A stretch of DNA of 57,858 bases from Candidatus Kaiserbacteria bacterium (GTDB lineage Bacteria > Patescibacteriota > Minisyncoccia > Phycocordibacterales > UBA918): contig JAGQMC010000042.1 of assembly GCA_020428815.1 (NCBI GenBank), positions 1 through 57,858 of the forward strand. The letters are read 5' to 3'. How positions within the stretch are numbered: the first letter of the stretch is position 1; every line of letters starts with the position of its first letter. Positions 8,535 through 18,810 of the stretch are shown here, one piece after another. The notes under the pieces were generated by a model that did no database searches, was not told the DNA's origin, and saw only the letters and a program-made list of their open reading frames with translations. Both the position numbers and the translations under genes were made by a program.

Positions 8535-10283
8535 ATGAAAAAACCGACCAATTCGTCGAAACTGACGATTATGGATAAATTCCTAAACATAATCGAGTCA
8601 GCCTCTCCTAGTGACAATTTAATTTTACGCTTAATTCTTTTTGTGGTTGTTTTTAGTGGCATCTGGACTGCCTTATCAATAAACAATGAACACTCCGTGC
8701 TTTCTCCCACCTACGGCGGTTCATTTACTGAAGGAATTATCGGTACTCCACGCTACATCAATCCAGTTTTAGCTATCACTCGTGCAGACCAGGATGTGGT
8801 CGCTTTAATCTATAGTGGATTACTAAAAATCAGTCCGGAAGGACAACTGGTAAATGACGTAGCCGAGGAAATAAACGTTTCTGAAGATGGTCTCACTTAC
8901 AATATCGGACTCCGTCGTGACGTAAAGTTCCACGATGACACACCATTAACCGCTCGTGACGTTGTGTACACCATTGGTTTAATTCAAGACCCTGACTTAA
9001 AAAGCCCGCTACGAGGACATTGGACAGACGTTACGGTTGAAGAAATTAACGAATATGAACTAAATATTATCCTTAAGGAACCATACGCTCCCTTTATCGA
9101 AAATTTCACTGTGGGCATCTTACCGGCACACGCTTGGAGCAGCTTACCAATTGAACAAATACCTTTCAGTCAATTAAACACCGAGCCAATTGGTTCAGGT
9201 CCATTTAAAATCACTGAGGCAAGGCGTAGCCCAGCAGGTTTAGTAACAAGATATTACCTAACCGCTTTTCCAAACCACCACATTAATCCAAAGATATCAG
9301 AAATAATCTTAACTTTCTTTGAAGATGAGGAGGACTTAATCCAAGCTGTGACTGACGAAGAAGTAGACGCTACCACGTATATACCACAAGCCAAATTGGC
9401 TTCATTGGTCAGTGACAAGTATCAACTGATAGAAAAACCATTACCCCGCACTTTTAGTGTCTTTTATAACCAAAACCGTTCACCAGTCTTACGCGAAGAC
9501 GCTGTGAGAGAAGCTCTAGATGTGGCCTTGGACAAGAATGAGTTAATCAACCAAGCTTTCCACGGGTTCGGTGTCCCCATCGACACACCTACCGCTTTTA
9601 CCCAAGCTGAGCTAGAATCTGATGACAACAGCGAAATAATTAATACTTCTAGTACAACGATTGAACAAGCTACAAGTATCCTAATAGACGCTGGCTGGGA
9701 ACAAAACGAACTCGGTTTTTGGCAAAAGGAGTTGGACGATGAGGAAGTGACTCTTAGTGTCACCTTACGCACCAGCAACGCCCCTTTGTTTGAATCCCTT
9801 TCAACCTTAATTGCTGAACAGTGGAAAAAACTAGGTGTAGAGGTAACGACGGAACAATTTGAACAGACCGGTTTAGTTCAATCTGTAATTAGACCCCGTG
9901 ATTTTCAACTGCTTTTATTTGGACACGACTTAAGTCGTTCTTATGATTTGTATCCGATTTGGCACTCATCACAGCAGAACGATCCGGGGTTAAACGTAGC
10001 TCAATATACTAATGTTGAAGTTGATGCTTTGCTAGAAAAAGCTAGAGCAGAACAATCTGAACCAGATCGACTAGCCGCTTTAATTGAAGCCAGCACCATT
10101 ATCAGTGAAGAAAAGCCAGCGATTTTTATTGCTCAACCAACCTTAACTTATTTGATTAGCAAGAGCATTACCGTCACAAATATGACCAACCTAGGCCGCT
10201 CATCAGATCGATTTGGCAACATAGCTGACTGGCACTTAGAAACGGACTCCTTGTGGTCAATTTTTAGAAAAGACATTGAATAG
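8535..10283 (+). CDS. ABC-transporter family-5 (peptide/nickel type) solute-binding protein, membrane-anchored
   Basis: SBP family-5 core (GGSFTEGIIG.PRYINP, KFHDDTPLTARDVVYT). The ATG at 8535 is preferred over the upstream TTG at 8496 used in the ORF track. Confidence 0.8.
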   Translation: MKKPTNSSKLTIMDKFLNIIESASPSDNLILRLILFVVVFSGIWTALSINNEHSVLSPTYGGSFTEGIIGTPRYINPVLAITRADQDVVALIYSGLLKISPEGQLVNDVAEEINVSEDGLTYNIGLRRDVKFHDDTPLTARDVVYTIGLIQDPDLKSPLRGHWTDVTVEEINEYELNIILKEPYAPFIENFTVGILPAHAWSSLPIEQIPFSQLNTEPIGSGPFKITEARRSPAGLVTRYYLTAFPNHHINPKISEIILTFFEDEEDLIQAVTDEEVDATTYIPQAKLASLVSDKYQLIEKPLPRTFSVFYNQNRSPVLREDAVREALDVALDKNELINQAFHGFGVPIDTPTAFTQAELESDDNSEIINTSSTTIEQATSILIDAGWEQNELGFWQKELDDEEVTLSVTLRTSNAPLFESLSTLIAEQWKKLGVEVTTEQFEQTGLVQSVIRPRDFQLLLFGHDLSRSYDLYPIWHSSQQNDPGLNVAQYTNVEVDALLEKARAEQSEPDRLAALIEASTIISEEKPAIFIAQPTLTYLISKSITVTNMTNLGRSSDRFGNIADWHLETDSLWSIFRKDIE

Positions 10284-10318
10284 ATATAAATATTGAAAAT
10301 TAAATATTAAAAATTATT

Positions 10319-12322
10319 ATGAACAATTCAGAAAAAACAAACGAAACCAGAACTTCAGATCGACCGCGACGACGGAATAATCGACGACCAGGTAATCAGA
10401 CTAGCTCAAGGAACACCCGATCAAATCGAGGTCGACATCACAGTGGACACGGCACTGGTAACCGTGCCAGCAATCAGACTGCGCGCTCTCAACAAAGCGG
10501 AGGCCGATCAGCTGGAAATAACAAAAAACGTAACGGACGCAAACGACGCAATAATCAACATCGCCGTCGTCCTGACAAAGCTCCAGCTTTGACTCACCGT
10601 CTAAATATTACCGATGAAAAAATGCCAGTCATTCCAGAAATTACTGACGAGGACACAGTACGCATTATTACAGTATCGGGAGTCGAGGAAATTGGCCGCA
10701 ACATGAACATTATTGAAACTAAAGACGATATTATCGTTGTTGATGCTGGTTTTCAGTTCGTGTCAGAAGAAAGCAATGCCCCAGGTATTAATTACATCCT
10801 ACCAAACACACAATACCTTGAAGAACGAAAACATAAAATTCGTGCTTTGGTTGTAACCCACGGTCACTTGGACCACATTGGCGGTATCCCTTTCATTATG
10901 GAACGAATTGGTAATCCTCCAATTTATACCCAATACCTAACTTCTCTTATGATTCTTAAGAGACAAGAGGAATTTCCTCAGATGGACCCAGTACAAATGA
11001 ATGTTATTAAGGAGGGTGAGAGTTTCACTGTTGGTAAGACTAGAATCAAAACCTTCCCAGTTACTCACTCAATCCCAGACGCTATGGGTGTTTGTATTGA
11101 AACCAAACACGGTGATGTGGTGATCACTGGTGATATCAAGCTAGTACATGAAGACGGAAAAGTCGTAGTGGAAGAACGACAGGAGTGGGAGAAAGTTGGT
11201 GAACACAACAACCTAGCATTACTAATCGACTCAACCAATTCTGACCGTGAAGGCTTCTCTAAAACTGAAGCTAAGGTATTTGAAACTTTGGAGACCATCA
11301 TTCGCCAAGCGACTGGTCGTCTGATTATCGGCACTTTTGCTTCTCAATTTGACCGCCTCATAAGTGTCATAAAAGTTTGTGAAGAAATGGGTAAGAAAGT
11401 TGTATTGGAGGGACGTAGTATCAAAACCAACGTAGACATTGCTTTGACCGCCAAACTAATGGAGGCTGATCCTAAAACCTTTATTCAAGCTAATGACATC
11501 AATGAATATCCGGCTGACAAAGTGGTGATTCTTTCGACAGGGGCTCAAGGTGAACAATTTGCCGCTCTCATGCGCATGGCGACTGACAAACACAAATTCA
11601 TCACCCTTAATGAACGAGACACCTTAGTTCTATCATCATCTGTGATTCCAGGTAATGAAATTGCTGTACAGAAACTTAAAGATAATATCTATCGTAAGAA
11701 CGTGAGGGTTATTAACTATCAAGGTTCTCATGTACACTCTTCTGGCCATGGTAACGCCGGAGAGTTGGTTTGGGTACATCAAGCAGTAAAACCGAAGTTC
11801 TTGATACCAGTTCATGGTCATCATTATCACCTAAAAAGCCATGCTTTTGCTGCAATAGAAAATGGTTTTCCAAAGGAAAACATTGCTATCCCTGATAACG
11901 GATCTATCATTGATATCAAAAATGGTGAAGAAATGACTATTCAGCCAATGAAAATTCCTAACGAACTATTAATGGTAGACGGTTTTACTGTTGGCACCCG
12001 TCAAGAAGTAGTGCTTAGAGACAGACAGACTCTAGCTGAAGATGGTATGTTTGTTATTATTGCCACCGTTAACACTAAAACCGGAAAGCTAAGAAAGTCT
12101 CCAGATATCATTTCTAGAGGATTTGTGTATCTGCGTGAAAACCAACAGCTACTATCTGAAGCTAGGGTGTTAATTAAGAAAACCGTTGAGAAACAAACTG
12201 AACATATGCATCCGATTGACCTAGAATTAGTAAAAGATGAACTGACTGACGTAGTGAGTGGATTCTTGATGCAAAAAACTCAAAAAACCCCAATGGTTAT
12301 CCCCGTCCTGATTGGAATTTAA
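10319..12322 (+). CDS. rnj: ribonuclease J with N-terminal Arg/Asn-rich low-complexity extension
   Basis: Metallo-beta-lactamase motif THGHLDHIGG, beta-CASP region and a C-terminal domain. The first 95 or so aa are R/N/S/G-rich. Confidence 0.9.
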   Translation: MNNSEKTNETRTSDRPRRRNNRRPGNQTSSRNTRSNRGRHHSGHGTGNRASNQTARSQQSGGRSAGNNKKRNGRKRRNNQHRRRPDKAPALTHRLNITDEKMPVIPEITDEDTVRIITVSGVEEIGRNMNIIETKDDIIVVDAGFQFVSEESNAPGINYILPNTQYLEERKHKIRALVVTHGHLDHIGGIPFIMERIGNPPIYTQYLTSLMILKRQEEFPQMDPVQMNVIKEGESFTVGKTRIKTFPVTHSIPDAMGVCIETKHGDVVITGDIKLVHEDGKVVVEERQEWEKVGEHNNLALLIDSTNSDREGFSKTEAKVFETLETIIRQATGRLIIGTFASQFDRLISVIKVCEEMGKKVVLEGRSIKTNVDIALTAKLMEADPKTFIQANDINEYPADKVVILSTGAQGEQFAALMRMATDKHKFITLNERDTLVLSSSVIPGNEIAVQKLKDNIYRKNVRVINYQGSHVHSSGHGNAGELVWVHQAVKPKFLIPVHGHHYHLKSHAFAAIENGFPKENIAIPDNGSIIDIKNGEEMTIQPMKIPNELLMVDGFTVGTRQEVVLRDRQTLAEDGMFVIIATVNTKTGKLRKSPDIISRGFVYLRENQQLLSEARVLIKKTVEKQTEHMHPIDLELVKDELTDVVSGFLMQKTQKTPMVIPVLIGI

Positions 12323-12344
12323 TCTAAAGATGAGTACAAACACG

Positions 12345-12372
12345 AAAACTGGTCATTCATTGACCAGTTTTT
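12345..12372 (+). terminator. intrinsic terminator after rnj
   Basis: ACTGGTCA(12348-12355)/TGACCAGT(12361-12368), 5-nt loop, then TTTT. Confidence 0.85.
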
Positions 12373-12422
12373 GTTAATAGCCGAAAAATATTGAGCTTTT
12401 GGCAGCTATAATATGATTAATT

Positions 12423-13625
12423 ATGCCTAGAGTTCATCACAATATAAATCTGACTCAAAAAACCGTGAAGAGACATATTATTCCAGTTTATGCAGCAATT
12501 CTACTACTCATTTTTCACACTTTCATAGTTGCTTACATAAACTCTTCTTTCCTGCAACAATTCATCCCTGAAGCTGGTGTAGGTACTATTTACACAGTTG
12601 GCTCGGCTCTCAGCGTGCTTATTTTCTTATTTATTTCTCGTGTCTTACACCGCGTCGGCAACTACAAGCTCACTCTTTCCTTGTTATTACTTAACTTACT
12701 GGCTGTCGCTGGCATGGCTTTTGCAAACGAGCTCAGAGTAGCAGTGCCATTATTTCTAATACACCTCATCACTGTCCCCTTAATTGTGTTCAATCTTGAC
12801 GTTTTCATGGAAGAACAGATTGGCAATAACGAAACTTCGACCGGTACCAAACGTGGATTGTTATTGACTTTATCCAGCTTCATCGGTGCCATTTCACCCC
12901 TTATTAGTAGTTTATTGATTGCTGACTCTGGCGGATCTTTTACAAACGCCTACATTTTGAGCGCTGCCACCTTATTACCAATTTTGTTTATTGTCACTTT
13001 TTTCTTTAGTGATTTTTCCGACCCACAATACAATGAGATAGACCTTTTTTCAGCCATTAGAACTTTCTGGGAGAAAACCAATATCCGCAATGTATTTCTA
13101 TCTCATTTTTCCCTTCAGATGTTCTTCATGGCTATGGTTGTATATTGCCCTATTTATTTAACTGATCACATTGGACTAAGTTGGACAGAGTTTGGTGTAG
13201 TGATGTTTTTTGCCCAATTAGCTTACGTACTTTTTGAATACCCAGTTGGGTTAATTGCAGATCGATATATTGGTGAAAAGGAAATGATGGGTTTTGGATT
13301 TTTAATCCTGACAATCTCTTTATCGTGGATGTCTTTTGTTTCAGTCGACAGTGTTCTCGTCTGGTCTATTATTATGTTCACTACCCGAGTAGGAGCCAGC
13401 TTGGTTGAGGTAACCACTGAAAGTTATTTCTTCAAGCAAACAAAAAGTTCTGACGCTCAAATTATTAGTTTTTTCCGAATTACCCGCCCCCTTGCCTACG
13501 TTCTTGGAGCCATGCTAGCTAGCCTTGCTCTACTCTACCTACCATTCAACCTACTTTTCTGTGCCTTTGCTTTACTAATGATACCGGCGATGTTTTTTAC
13601 CTCTAGTATAGTGGATACAAAATAG
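12423..13625 (+). CDS. MFS-type transporter
   Basis: 400 aa with about 12 predicted TM helices in two halves separated by a central loop. Confidence 0.75.
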   Translation: MPRVHHNINLTQKTVKRHIIPVYAAILLLIFHTFIVAYINSSFLQQFIPEAGVGTIYTVGSALSVLIFLFISRVLHRVGNYKLTLSLLLLNLLAVAGMAFANELRVAVPLFLIHLITVPLIVFNLDVFMEEQIGNNETSTGTKRGLLLTLSSFIGAISPLISSLLIADSGGSFTNAYILSAATLLPILFIVTFFFSDFSDPQYNEIDLFSAIRTFWEKTNIRNVFLSHFSLQMFFMAMVVYCPIYLTDHIGLSWTEFGVVMFFAQLAYVLFEYPVGLIADRYIGEKEMMGFGFLILTISLSWMSFVSVDSVLVWSIIMFTTRVGASLVEVTTESYFFKQTKSSDAQIISFFRITRPLAYVLGAMLASLALLYLPFNLLFCAFALLMIPAMFFTSSIVDTK

Positions 13626-13626
13626 C

Positions 13627-13854
13627 TTATTTTATTTCGTAATCAAATTCCATCACGTCACTTTTAGGGATAATCAACCAACCAGCTAAGTAAATTAGTA
13701 GCCCGGGAAAAATTCCGGTTAATATCAAGAAAGTAATTGCTAGTACCCTAAACAACACTGGGTCTTGATGGAAATAATCTGCTAAACCAGCTACCACTCC
13801 AGCCACCACCGCTTTTTCTTGTTTTCTGGTTAATTTACGTTTCTTCTTTGTCAT
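13627..13854 (-). CDS. PspC domain protein
   Basis: 75 aa with GVVAGLADYF..DPVLFRV followed by a TM helix. The ATGA start/stop overlap with the upstream HAD gene suggests coupling. Confidence 0.75.
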   Translation of the reverse strand: MTKKKRKLTRKQEKAVVAGVVAGLADYFHQDPVLFRVLAITFLILTGIFPGLLIYLAGWLIIPKSDVMEFDYEIK

Positions 13855-14537
13855 AAGTTGTATATTACATCTTTACGTTCTACTACTACCGGCCAATTTT
13901 GTGCTGTTGCATAGTCATATAACAAACGGTTCGGATTAAAACAAATCGGTTTATCAACCATCTCTAATAAAGCAATATCCCCTTCCGTATCTCCTACACC
14001 GATTGAATTCTTAGTACTTAATTCTGAATTGTGGTCAAATACTCGCCTAACAATATTGGCTTTATTTTGAATTAGGTGTTCATCCGTAATTTCACCAGTG
14101 AAGCAATCTTGAGGTCCAATTTCGTAAATGCGTCCGTATACTTTATCGAATCCATGCCGTTTACAAAATTCATCTAAAATTGTTTTTGGAGACTGTGAAA
14201 TAGCCACCAAAAAATATCCCTCAGATTTTAGCTCTTTTATTAAATCTCTTGTGTATCGGTAAACATAATTACTCTGCTCATCAACCACTTGTCTTCCTAC
14301 ATCTGCCAGCTGACCATAATGTACACCCTTAATATGACGCAAAAACACTTCTATTACTGCCTGAATATACTCAGTGTACTTACCCTCTCGTTCTCGCCAA
14401 AGTCGCAACTCATTATCAAACTCGGTTCTGGCATCTGCTGGAAAAACCCTCTCTCGAATCAGGCCATTAACTATTTCTATTAACAAACTAGAGCGAAAAA
14501 GAGTACCGTCTATATCGAAAAATGCTACTGGTTTCAT
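13851..14537 (-). CDS. HAD-IB family hydrolase
   Basis: FFDIDGTL motif I, SQSP-type motif II, and GVGDTEGDIALL motif III/IV. Confidence 0.8.
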   Translation of the reverse strand: MKPVAFFDIDGTLFRSSLLIEIVNGLIRERVFPADARTEFDNELRLWREREGKYTEYIQAVIEVFLRHIKGVHYGQLADVGRQVVDEQSNYVYRYTRDLIKELKSEGYFLVAISQSPKTILDEFCKRHGFDKVYGRIYEIGPQDCFTGEITDEHLIQNKANIVRRVFDHNSELSTKNSIGVGDTEGDIALLEMVDKPICFNPNRLLYDYATAQNWPVVVERKDVIYNL

Positions 14538-14543
14538 AAAACA

Positions 14544-15674
14544 CTACTTGTATTCGACTCGGAGAATCAAGGCATCAATTAGCGTTCCAATTACTATCAA
14601 CATGATGAACATAAGGGCTAAAGCTCCAATAACTGGAATCATTGACAGCAAACCAAAACCAACAGCTCCTACAAACAAAGATAATAGAGTGACAACTGAC
14701 TCCGGTTTACTAAAGGCTACCATCATATATCGGCCAATCACTGGCACCAAACCAATAATCGCTAAAGTTAAGAAAAGTAAATAACCAAATAGCAGCGGTA
14801 AAGCCACCATTAAACCAATCATGCTAGCCAACAACATTCCTACCGCGACCGGCACCATCAACAAGAAAACAAATCCGACTAAGGAATGTTTTAAAATACC
14901 TTCTACTGACCGATCAACCACCACATTTAATGTCTTGCGTGAGACCAGGAACCAAACCAAGGATGAAAAAAGTAACATCAAACCCGGAATCACCCATGAC
15001 CAAGAGTACTCAGAGGATTGCGGGATAATTGGATCACTCCTCACCAAATCACCCACGACAGTGGCTTCTTGTGCTTGTATGGCTTTGTTTGCACTTGTGT
15101 AATAAACCATCCCTTGTATCTCTGCCTTACTACCTAAGGTTAACTCGTTGGTAGTCACTTCTACCTTACCTCCCACTTCTGAGTCTATTCGCACAGTCCC
15201 AATATTACCCAAAATATCTCCGCCAATTTTTCCGGCAATTACAGCGTCTCCAGCGTAGACCAAAAGATCACCTTCAATTACAGCTGTAGGTAAAATCTCT
15301 ACTGAGCCACCGACTACTGCCAAGTCTCCTTTGACTACATCGGCAACCTTAACATCACCTGCCACAATTCTTAAATCATCTCCAATTTCACCATGAACAT
15401 CAGCTCCACCTCCCACTACCAAAGCGTTAGCATCAACTTGGCCGTTTATCGTTATCTGACCACCCATTAGGACCGCGTCTTCAGTCACCTGTCCAGATAG
15501 ACTAATCGTTCCAGCTGCTCCATAAAAATCCCCTTCTACAGTCTGATCTTCTGTGATTGAGACAGTTTCGCCTGAGCGCACTACCGTATTGGCTTCAGCT
15601 ACCGATATTGCGAGTAAACTGAGCAAAAAACTGACAATGAAAATATTTAGTGTTCGGTAGTTGCTTAAATTCAT
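14544..15674 (-). CDS. bactofilin-like beta-helix repeat protein with signal peptide and C-terminal multi-TM domain
   Basis: Repeated V.G.V.GD/I.G.V.G units across residues 30-200 or so, then about 5 hydrophobic helices. Confidence 0.55.
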   Translation of the reverse strand: MNLSNYRTLNIFIVSFLLSLLAISVAEANTVVRSGETVSITEDQTVEGDFYGAAGTISLSGQVTEDAVLMGGQITINGQVDANALVVGGGADVHGEIGDDLRIVAGDVKVADVVKGDLAVVGGSVEILPTAVIEGDLLVYAGDAVIAGKIGGDILGNIGTVRIDSEVGGKVEVTTNELTLGSKAEIQGMVYYTSANKAIQAQEATVVGDLVRSDPIIPQSSEYSWSWVIPGLMLLFSSLVWFLVSRKTLNVVVDRSVEGILKHSLVGFVFLLMVPVAVGMLLASMIGLMVALPLLFGYLLFLTLAIIGLVPVIGRYMMVAFSKPESVVTLLSLFVGAVGFGLLSMIPVIGALALMFIMLIVIGTLIDALILRVEYK

Positions 15675-15679
15675 GATGA

Positions 15680-16459
15680 TTATTGAGTCTTAATATCTTC
15701 TCGTATTACTTGGTCACTTTTATACTCTACTGAAATTTTTTCTGCCACTTCGGCAATCACTTTGTTTTCTTCTTCGATTTTTTGATCTTCTTTTTTCACA
15801 GTTGATTTGGCAATATGTTCCTTTTCAGACAAATTCATTAGCAAAAAGATAATAGTAGCAGTAACGATAATACCAATTAAGTTTAGCAGCAAAATCATTG
15901 TTGCTCCCTTAATAATAAAAGCACTGACTGCCGCAATACCAATACCTATAGTAGCTAAAGGTGGAATTAAAGCTACAGCAATTGCCACACCCGGCAGAGC
16001 ATCGCCCCATTCTGGTTTTGCTAACATGTAAGCTACCGCTGCTCCCGCCACAATCGCTACGAGCAAATGATGATAAGTAGGCTCAGTTCTTGACAATACT
16101 TCAGCCGACATATACATAGTCTCGTCACCAAAAAAGAAAGCAGCTAAAACAGATAGGATTAAGCCGGCCCCCAGAGACTTAACTAACGTATTAACGGCTC
16201 TGGTAAGTAGAGTGACATTGTCACCCATCATCACCAAACCCATTGATACCCCAAGAATCGGATACATTAACGGTGCGATTAGCATACTACCAATTACAAT
16301 CGAACCACTATCCAACAAGAGGCCAAGAGTAGCCATCAAAGTAGAAAGACCGATCAAATAAAAATAATCAAAATCAGGAGTACCATTTTGTACTAACTTT
16401 CTTATTAAAGCGGCCTTGTCTTTATCTGGCAAAGCACGAAATCTTGCAAAAACTGTCAT
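15680..16459 (-). CDS. DUF389-like hydrophobic-domain membrane protein
   Basis: 259 aa. IGSMLIAPLMYPILG and the repeated TM pattern are typical of the DUF389/TIGR00341 family. Confidence 0.65.
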   Translation of the reverse strand: MTVFARFRALPDKDKAALIRKLVQNGTPDFDYFYLIGLSTLMATLGLLLDSGSIVIGSMLIAPLMYPILGVSMGLVMMGDNVTLLTRAVNTLVKSLGAGLILSVLAAFFFGDETMYMSAEVLSRTEPTYHHLLVAIVAGAAVAYMLAKPEWGDALPGVAIAVALIPPLATIGIGIAAVSAFIIKGATMILLLNLIGIIVTATIIFLLMNLSEKEHIAKSTVKKEDQKIEEENKVIAEVAEKISVEYKSDQVIREDIKTQ

Positions 16460-16511
16460 ATATTATCTTATTTTCTATAGTATACGGTCTTTTCTATAGC
16501 CTGCAAAGTGA

Positions 16512-16604
16512 TTATCTTAAACTTGCGACAAAAACATAAACGAATACGCTAGCCAATAAAGCCAGACCAAGAAAAACAAAACTAATAGTTAAGAAACGTT
16601 TCAT
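16512..16604 (-). CDS. candidate 30-aa TM peptide overlapping the previous ORF by ATGA
   Basis: MKRFLTISFVFLGLALLASVFVYVFVASLR. Its start codon overlaps the stop of the 59-aa ORF (ATGA). Confidence 0.25.
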   Translation of the reverse strand: MKRFLTISFVFLGLALLASVFVYVFVASLR

Positions 16605-16780
16605 ACTGGTGCTACATACAGAACGGGAGCTTGTAACACACTGATAATGGTAAGGGCTAACATTAGTAAGAATAAAGCGGCACAAAATAAAGCGAGTCGC
16701 GGCCGTGACAACTCCATCTGGCCAGTGTGCCAGTTACGAACAAACAGAAAGGAAAATGCGAACTTTAGGAAACTCATCAT
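16601..16780 (-). CDS. candidate 59-aa hydrophobic small protein (below the ORF-track cutoff)
   Basis: The minus-strand ORF translates as MMSFLKFAFSFLFVRNWHTGQMELSRPRLALFCAALFLLMLALTIISVLQAPVLYVAPV. No clear SD. Confidence 0.3.
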   Translation of the reverse strand: MMSFLKFAFSFLFVRNWHTGQMELSRPRLALFCAALFLLMLALTIISVLQAPVLYVAPV

Positions 16781-16853
16781 GGTTTTATTCTTTTATATAT
16801 AGTGTACCAGCAAACACCCACCTGGAGGGGCTAAAGAAGAGGAAAACTAAAGT

Positions 16854-17861
16854 TTAATCTACGTACAAAGTTTTACTATATTCCCACATTTCTGATTCAC
16901 CTTGGAGGTGTAACCAATACCACCATTCAGCTCCCCATAAATATTGCATGTCATAGCGGGTATCTTCGGCATAACTTAGAATATCAACAAACTTTTCTAA
17001 ATTCATTCTCGTAAACTGAGTCTCAATTGGAACTTCGACAATTGGCTCAATTAACCAAGGCTCGGCTGACAGCTCAATTAAAACGGTCGGCTTGTCTCCA
17101 TAGAGTAAGCGCATGAAATTATCTTTTACACGGTAAAACCAAGGAGGCAGTAGTGTTCTAAACTGCCCCAGCTCAGGATTCCAAAAATGTACGTAGACAC
17201 TAGTCCCGAACATATCTCCACGAGAAAACGATCCTATCCATGAGCCTAAATTACCACTATCAGTCAATAAAATTGGTCTAGTTCCATCAAGTTTCTTTAC
17301 TAAAGCAATTTCTTCATCAAGTAAATCTTTATCCAGTCGGCCGCAATGTTCATAGGCAAAAACTGTTAAAAATGGTTCATTTTCTACTTGCCAAATTTTT
17401 ATCGCCGGACTGTGTTTATAGCGTTCAACTACTGCTGTCACGTACTCTACTTGTCGCTGCTTCACTTGTTCTTCTGATAATTTATCCACCCACTCCGGAA
17501 TGTGACATTCGGGCCAGCGAGGTAATCTGCGACCAATTGCCAGCACCACTTCAGCCCCTACTTCCTCAGCTCTTTCAACTTGATAATCAAGCTCTTCAAA
17601 ATTATAAATACTCGGCCTTGGTTCTACCATCGGCCAATGAGCAGCCAACCGCAAATGTCTAACCTCTAATTCATCTAAAACAGCATCATATGCTTCTCGC
17701 CAATTTAGACCTAGTTCACGAGCATAGGGAGTATTGAAAGAAACTCCATAAGTAATGCGTTCAGGTACAGGCTTCTGCAACAAGAAAATTAGGAACAACA
17801 GACCACAGGCGACCATTCCAAGTACAATCATCAGAGCTGTTTTCCAACTAAACCATTTCAT
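16854..17861 (-). CDS. membrane-anchored TIM-barrel glycoside hydrolase (clan GH-A, GH5/GH42-like)
   Basis: N-terminal TM helix. HWPMVEPRPSIYNFEELD and WQVENEP (acid/base NEP) motifs. Confidence 0.6.
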   Translation of the reverse strand: MKWFSWKTALMIVLGMVACGLLFLIFLLQKPVPERITYGVSFNTPYARELGLNWREAYDAVLDELEVRHLRLAAHWPMVEPRPSIYNFEELDYQVERAEEVGAEVVLAIGRRLPRWPECHIPEWVDKLSEEQVKQRQVEYVTAVVERYKHSPAIKIWQVENEPFLTVFAYEHCGRLDKDLLDEEIALVKKLDGTRPILLTDSGNLGSWIGSFSRGDMFGTSVYVHFWNPELGQFRTLLPPWFYRVKDNFMRLLYGDKPTVLIELSAEPWLIEPIVEVPIETQFTRMNLEKFVDILSYAEDTRYDMQYLWGAEWWYWLHLQGESEMWEYSKTLYVD

Positions 17862-17864
17862 AGT

Positions 17865-18797
17865 TTAAGTAAATAATACTATGTATCCAGTTAATATAAT
17901 TACAATATAAAGCAGCCGTCTAAAAAATACTTGTGGGCGCATGTCACGATCAGCCGCTGCGGGAGGCAGCCATTGTGCAAGCGTTAAGGTGATAAACAAA
18001 ATGAATACGTATTGTAGACCACCAAGCGCCTGAACTACAGATACATCACCTAAATCAGTAGCCTTAAGTAACATGAAAGCTGCTATACCAGCTAAAACTT
18101 TATTTATAAGTACTAGCTCACCAGCTTTTCTTGAAGTCTCTTTAGTTTGATTCTTAATTTTATTAAAATAAGCGGGTACTAAAAGTAGCGACAATGTGAA
18201 TAGCACAAAACCAATTCTTGACCAGAAAAAGCCATCATCAAAACTAGTTTCCAAAAACAGACCTTTCATAGTGATGTAATGTAAAGCAAAAAATAAACCG
18301 CTATGAATTACTTGCAAAAAAACATCAGCCTTCGGTAAAGTCTGAGCCACCAAAAGGGTACCCACCGACAGCAAAACTACTCCCACAATGAAATTGTCGT
18401 GTAACACTACATCCAGAAACAAATAACTAAGTCCAAATGATGAAAGCGCCGATATTGAACCAATAATTGGCATAGCTGTAGAAGCATCAGTTCTGCGTAA
18501 TGAGTCATATAGTGACACCAACGCAATAAAGAAAGTGTAAGCCGCTAAAAATGACATGGCCACCACCTGAATCGATGGTACTTGCACATTACTCAGTGAA
18601 GGCATTCCTAACTTAGCTAAACCAGGTATAAAACCTAGAAAGTAAATCAAGACCCAAGTTCCAGTCAGCAAGCAGGTATAGAAAGCATAAACGAAAGGTT
18701 TGGGGAGGACCTTATCATCTGACACAATGTATTTATCCAGAATAGCCACTACAGCGTTTATCAGTTGTCCAGCTGTTGCCAATAATATCCAAGTCAT
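17865..18797 (-). CDS. polytopic membrane protein (DMT/EamA-like)
   Basis: 310 aa with about 10 TM helices. 3-nt gap to the downstream GH gene. Confidence 0.6.
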   Translation of the reverse strand: MTWILLATAGQLINAVVAILDKYIVSDDKVLPKPFVYAFYTCLLTGTWVLIYFLGFIPGLAKLGMPSLSNVQVPSIQVVAMSFLAAYTFFIALVSLYDSLRRTDASTAMPIIGSISALSSFGLSYLFLDVVLHDNFIVGVVLLSVGTLLVAQTLPKADVFLQVIHSGLFFALHYITMKGLFLETSFDDGFFWSRIGFVLFTLSLLLVPAYFNKIKNQTKETSRKAGELVLINKVLAGIAAFMLLKATDLGDVSVVQALGGLQYVFILFITLTLAQWLPPAAADRDMRPQVFFRRLLYIVIILTGYIVLFT

Positions 18798-18810
18798 AAT
18801 AAGTTTAATT

